NCBI GenBank assembly: GCA_037441705.1 | Contig: JBBIRR010000023.1 | Span: 2,165-66,164 of the forward strand | DNA: 64,000 nucleotides | Reading direction: 5' to 3' | From: Ignavibacteriales bacterium | GTDB taxonomy: Bacteria; Bacteroidota; Ignavibacteria; UBA10030; UBA6906 | In this document: in pieces, positions 61,682 to 64,000 of the stretch | Position numbering within the stretch: position 1 is the first letter of the stretch | How the letters are laid out: the number at the start of each line of letters is the position of its first letter | Translations under genes and position numbers: made by a program | The notes under the pieces: model-generated | Database searches by the model: none | Seen by the model: the letters and a program-made list of their open reading frames with translations, nothing else | Told to the model about the DNA's origin: nothing

Positions 61682-63348
61682 GCAAGCACTCCGCCATAGT
61701 TCTCTGGGGGCTGTTGCTTTCGGCGATACCGGCACAGTCGCAGCCGACCAACATCCGCATTTATCCCAGTTCGGTCACGCAAACCGAGCCCGTCATCGCC
61801 GTCAGTCCCGTTGATACCAACCTACTCTTCGCCAGCGCATTTACCATCAACACCTCCACGGGGTTTCGGAGTGAGGGCGTGTATGTTTCCACCAACGGTG
61901 GCATCACCTGGCGCGGCAATGACACGTGCACCGGGCAACTCATTTCCAACCACAATGGCGATCCCGGTGTGATGATTCACAGCAGCGGCAGGTTCATCCT
62001 CACACATATCGGCTCCGTGTTTCCGGGCGTGTACAGCCATTACTCTACCAATCAGGGATTGACGTGGAGTAATGCGTACACGATCTCCTCCGACCAGCCT
62101 GAGGACAAAGGAAGTTTTGCCATTGATAATGATCCGGCAAGTCCGTACTACGGCCGCTTGTACACGGCGTGGGTGCGGTTTCTTCAACCGTATCCGGTGT
62201 CGTTTTCCTACAGCAGCGACGCCGGAACGTCGTGGGTACCGGCCTTTGCGTTGAACGGAACTCCCCCGGCGCGCTGTTCGGGAGGCACGATTGCTACCGG
62301 GCGCGATGGTCGCGTCTACGTTACATGGGCAGGGCTTACGGCTTCGCCACCGTTCATTGAAGACTTCGTGGGCTTCGCGGTCTCGACCGATGGCGGCGCG
62401 ACGTGGAGTGTTACACAGAACGCATACGACATGAACGGCATTACAGGAACTCTGCCGGCCAAGGGAAACATTCGGGTCAACGGACTCCCTCAGATTGCCG
62501 TGGACAACAGCGGCGGCCTGCGCCACAACTGGCTGTACATCGTCACCACCGAGCGCGACCTTGCACCTGCCGGTTCCGATCCCGATATCATTCTGCATCG
62601 TTCCACCGATGGCGGGGCGACGTGGTCGGCGGGCATCCGCGTGAATCAGGACCCGATCAACAACGGAAAAATTCAATACTTCCCGGCGATTGATGTTGAT
62701 CGCTTCGGCGGCATCAACATCATCTATTATGATGATCGATTCACGTCGTCGGATTCCGCCGAAATCATCTACGCTCGTTTCATCTATTATGATGATCGAT
62801 TCACGTCGTCGGATTCCGCCGAAATCATCTACGCTCGTTCGATGGATGGGGGCATCACATGGACCGAACGGGTAATCAGCAATCACAGATTCAAGCCAAA
62901 ACCTATTGTCGGCGGTCCATCGAGCTTTCAGGGCGATCACATTGCGCTCAAAGCCGTCGGCTCCAGGCTCTATGCGCTCTGGATGGATGACTTCGCGGGA
63001 TTGTATCAGGTATGGCTGGCCGTTATGCCGCTCTCTCCCACAGCCGTCCAGGCGGCAGACCGGCCCGAGGGCTTTCGGCTTCAGCAGAATTCTCCCAACC
63101 CGTTCAATCCCTCCACGCACATCGTATTCTCGATCGAAGACGCGCGATCGGTGACGCTGAAGGTGTTCGATCTCCAGGGCAGAGAGGTTGCGACGCTGAT
63201 GAACGAACGGCTGAACGCGGGTTCGTATGCGGTAACGTTCGACGCCGCATCGCTGGCAAGCGGCGTGTATCTCTATGAGCTGCGTGCGCGCAACGAACAC
63301 TCGGGTGAAGAATTCCGGCAAGCGAAGAAGATGCTTCTTCTTCGATGA
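61666..63348 (+). CDS. BNR/Asp-box repeat (sialidase-fold beta-propeller) protein with T9SS C-terminal sorting domain
   Basis: There are six Asp-boxes: STNGGITW, STNQGLTW, SSDAGTSW, STDGGATW (x2) and SMDGGITW. The C-terminus NSPNPFNPSTHIVF...GVYLYEL...KKMLLLR is a Por secretion tail. An alternative ATG at 61678 overlaps the TBDR stop (ATGA). Confidence 0.85.
   Translation: MGSRMSKHSAIVLWGLLLSAIPAQSQPTNIRIYPSSVTQTEPVIAVSPVDTNLLFASAFTINTSTGFRSEGVYVSTNGGITWRGNDTCTGQLISNHNGDPGVMIHSSGRFILTHIGSVFPGVYSHYSTNQGLTWSNAYTISSDQPEDKGSFAIDNDPASPYYGRLYTAWVRFLQPYPVSFSYSSDAGTSWVPAFALNGTPPARCSGGTIATGRDGRVYVTWAGLTASPPFIEDFVGFAVSTDGGATWSVTQNAYDMNGITGTLPAKGNIRVNGLPQIAVDNSGGLRHNWLYIVTTERDLAPAGSDPDIILHRSTDGGATWSAGIRVNQDPINNGKIQYFPAIDVDRFGGINIIYYDDRFTSSDSAEIIYARFIYYDDRFTSSDSAEIIYARSMDGGITWTERVISNHRFKPKPIVGGPSSFQGDHIALKAVGSRLYALWMDDFAGLYQVWLAVMPLSPTAVQAADRPEGFRLQQNSPNPFNPSTHIVFSIEDARSVTLKVFDLQGREVATLMNERLNAGSYAVTFDAASLASGVYLYELRARNEHSGEEFRQAKKMLLLR
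62721..62840 (+). repeat. 60-bp tandem duplication (2 copies, in-frame)
   Basis: The unit catctattatgatgatcgattcacgtcgtcggattccgccgaaatcatctacgctcgtt occurs at 62721-62780 and 62781-62840. The copies are identical except for the last base. It duplicates the peptide IYYDDRFTSSDSAEIIYAR. Confidence 0.95.
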
Positions 63349-63425
63349 AAAGCTCATCTTGAGTTTCATCTGCCCCTTGCGTAAATTGTCGTCGGCTTGT
63401 TGTCGCAGTGTAAAGGGAGGTATGT

Positions 63426-64000
63426 ATGCCGAAGCTCTATGTCTCGAACAAAGACGAGTCTGCTCGTCTCTTCAAGAGTGACTTTCTTGAGATGTTCTCG
63501 CACGTTCACCCGAGCGTGCCGCTGATCATCTACATCCCGGTGATGTCGTACTTCCTGTACAGGGCGTACGTCGCACCTGAGCTGACGGGCACGGCCATCG
63601 TCGGACTCTTTTTCTTCGGGGTGTTCTTCTGGACGCTCACGGAGTATCTGCTGCATCGCTTTGTGTTTCATTATGAGCCGAAGAGCGAGTGGGGCAAGTA
63701 CCTGCACTTCATGATGCACGGCGTCCATCACGATTATCCCAACGACTCGCTGCGGCTGGTGATGCCGCCGGTGGTGAGCATTCCGCTCGCGATTCTGTTC
63801 TACAACTTGTTTGTCGCCGTGCTCGGGCCGATCATGACGGCGCCGTTCTACGCAGGCTTCCTTCTCGGCTACATGATCTATGACTCATGGCACTATGCCT
63901 CGCACCACTTCGCGATGAAGTCGCCCGGCTGGTTGTGGCTGAAGCAGTATCACATGCTGCACCACTATCAAGACCCGAACACGCGCTTCGGCGTCAGCTC
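63426..64000 (+). CDS. Fatty acid hydroxylase / sterol desaturase family membrane di-iron enzyme (3' end beyond the window)
   Basis: Not in the ORF track because no stop lies inside the window. My own translation starts at ATG 63426, with AAGGGAGG upstream. It gives MPKLYVSNKDESARLF... with histidine boxes HRFVFH, HGVHH, HYASHH and HMLHH. Confidence 0.8.
   Translation, partial: MPKLYVSNKDESARLFKSDFLEMFSHVHPSVPLIIYIPVMSYFLYRAYVAPELTGTAIVGLFFFGVFFWTLTEYLLHRFVFHYEPKSEWGKYLHFMMHGVHHDYPNDSLRLVMPPVVSIPLAILFYNLFVAVLGPIMTAPFYAGFLLGYMIYDSWHYASHHFAMKSPGWLWLKQYHMLHHYQDPNTRFGVS

Overview
Densely packed, moderately GC-rich chromosomal window with about 50 protein-coding genes. I saw no rRNA, tRNA, CRISPR array, transposase, integrase or prophage genes. 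Two proteins carry type IX secretion (T9SS) C-terminal sorting tails, and a GldA/F/G-like ABC transporter is present. This points to an FCB-group organism (Ignavibacteriota, Bacteroidota or Chlorobiota-like); that is inference only.

Content from left to right:
- Two secreted S8 subtilases, a LolA-like protein and a POT peptide permease.
- A GH13 amylase and a Zn alcohol dehydrogenase, flanked by palindromic intergenic elements.
- A long minus-strand block: TPR lipoprotein, LolB-like lipoprotein, M23 (EnvC-like) peptidase and a transmembrane CHASE2 / sigma-54 activator. A candidate sigma-54 promoter then drives four uncharacterised envelope genes.
- A polyphosphate cluster (ppx, CHAD, sixA).
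- A five-gene two-component signalling island.
- A DUF2652-like/SRPBCC protein plus a STAS protein.
- Hydrolases, and a Tat-signal small protein coupled to an amidase.
- A gldA/F/G-like ABC transporter with a DUF4340-like protein.
- An operon bracketed by a STAS protein and an RsbW-like kinase, containing NfeD, SPFH, a beta-CASP nuclease and an outer-membrane barrel.
- ligA, a rodZ-like gene and a GAF-PAS hybrid histidine kinase.
- An Rrf2 regulator with a frameshifted polyferredoxin.
- Two divergent TonB-dependent receptors, a BNR-repeat T9SS cargo protein and a partial fatty-acid hydroxylase.

The best candidate for an undescribed system is the CHASE2 / sigma-54 one-component activator together with its downstream four-gene envelope module (10073-17654).

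Other notable points:
- Two perfect tandem duplications: 29 bp (frameshifting) and 60 bp (in-frame).
- A receiver domain with Asn in place of the phospho-acceptor Asp.
- A roughly 160-nt multi-branched palindromic intergenic element.
- A 3.4-kb antisense ORF, which I explain as a codon-phase artefact.

All family assignments rest on motifs read by eye. No database search was run.
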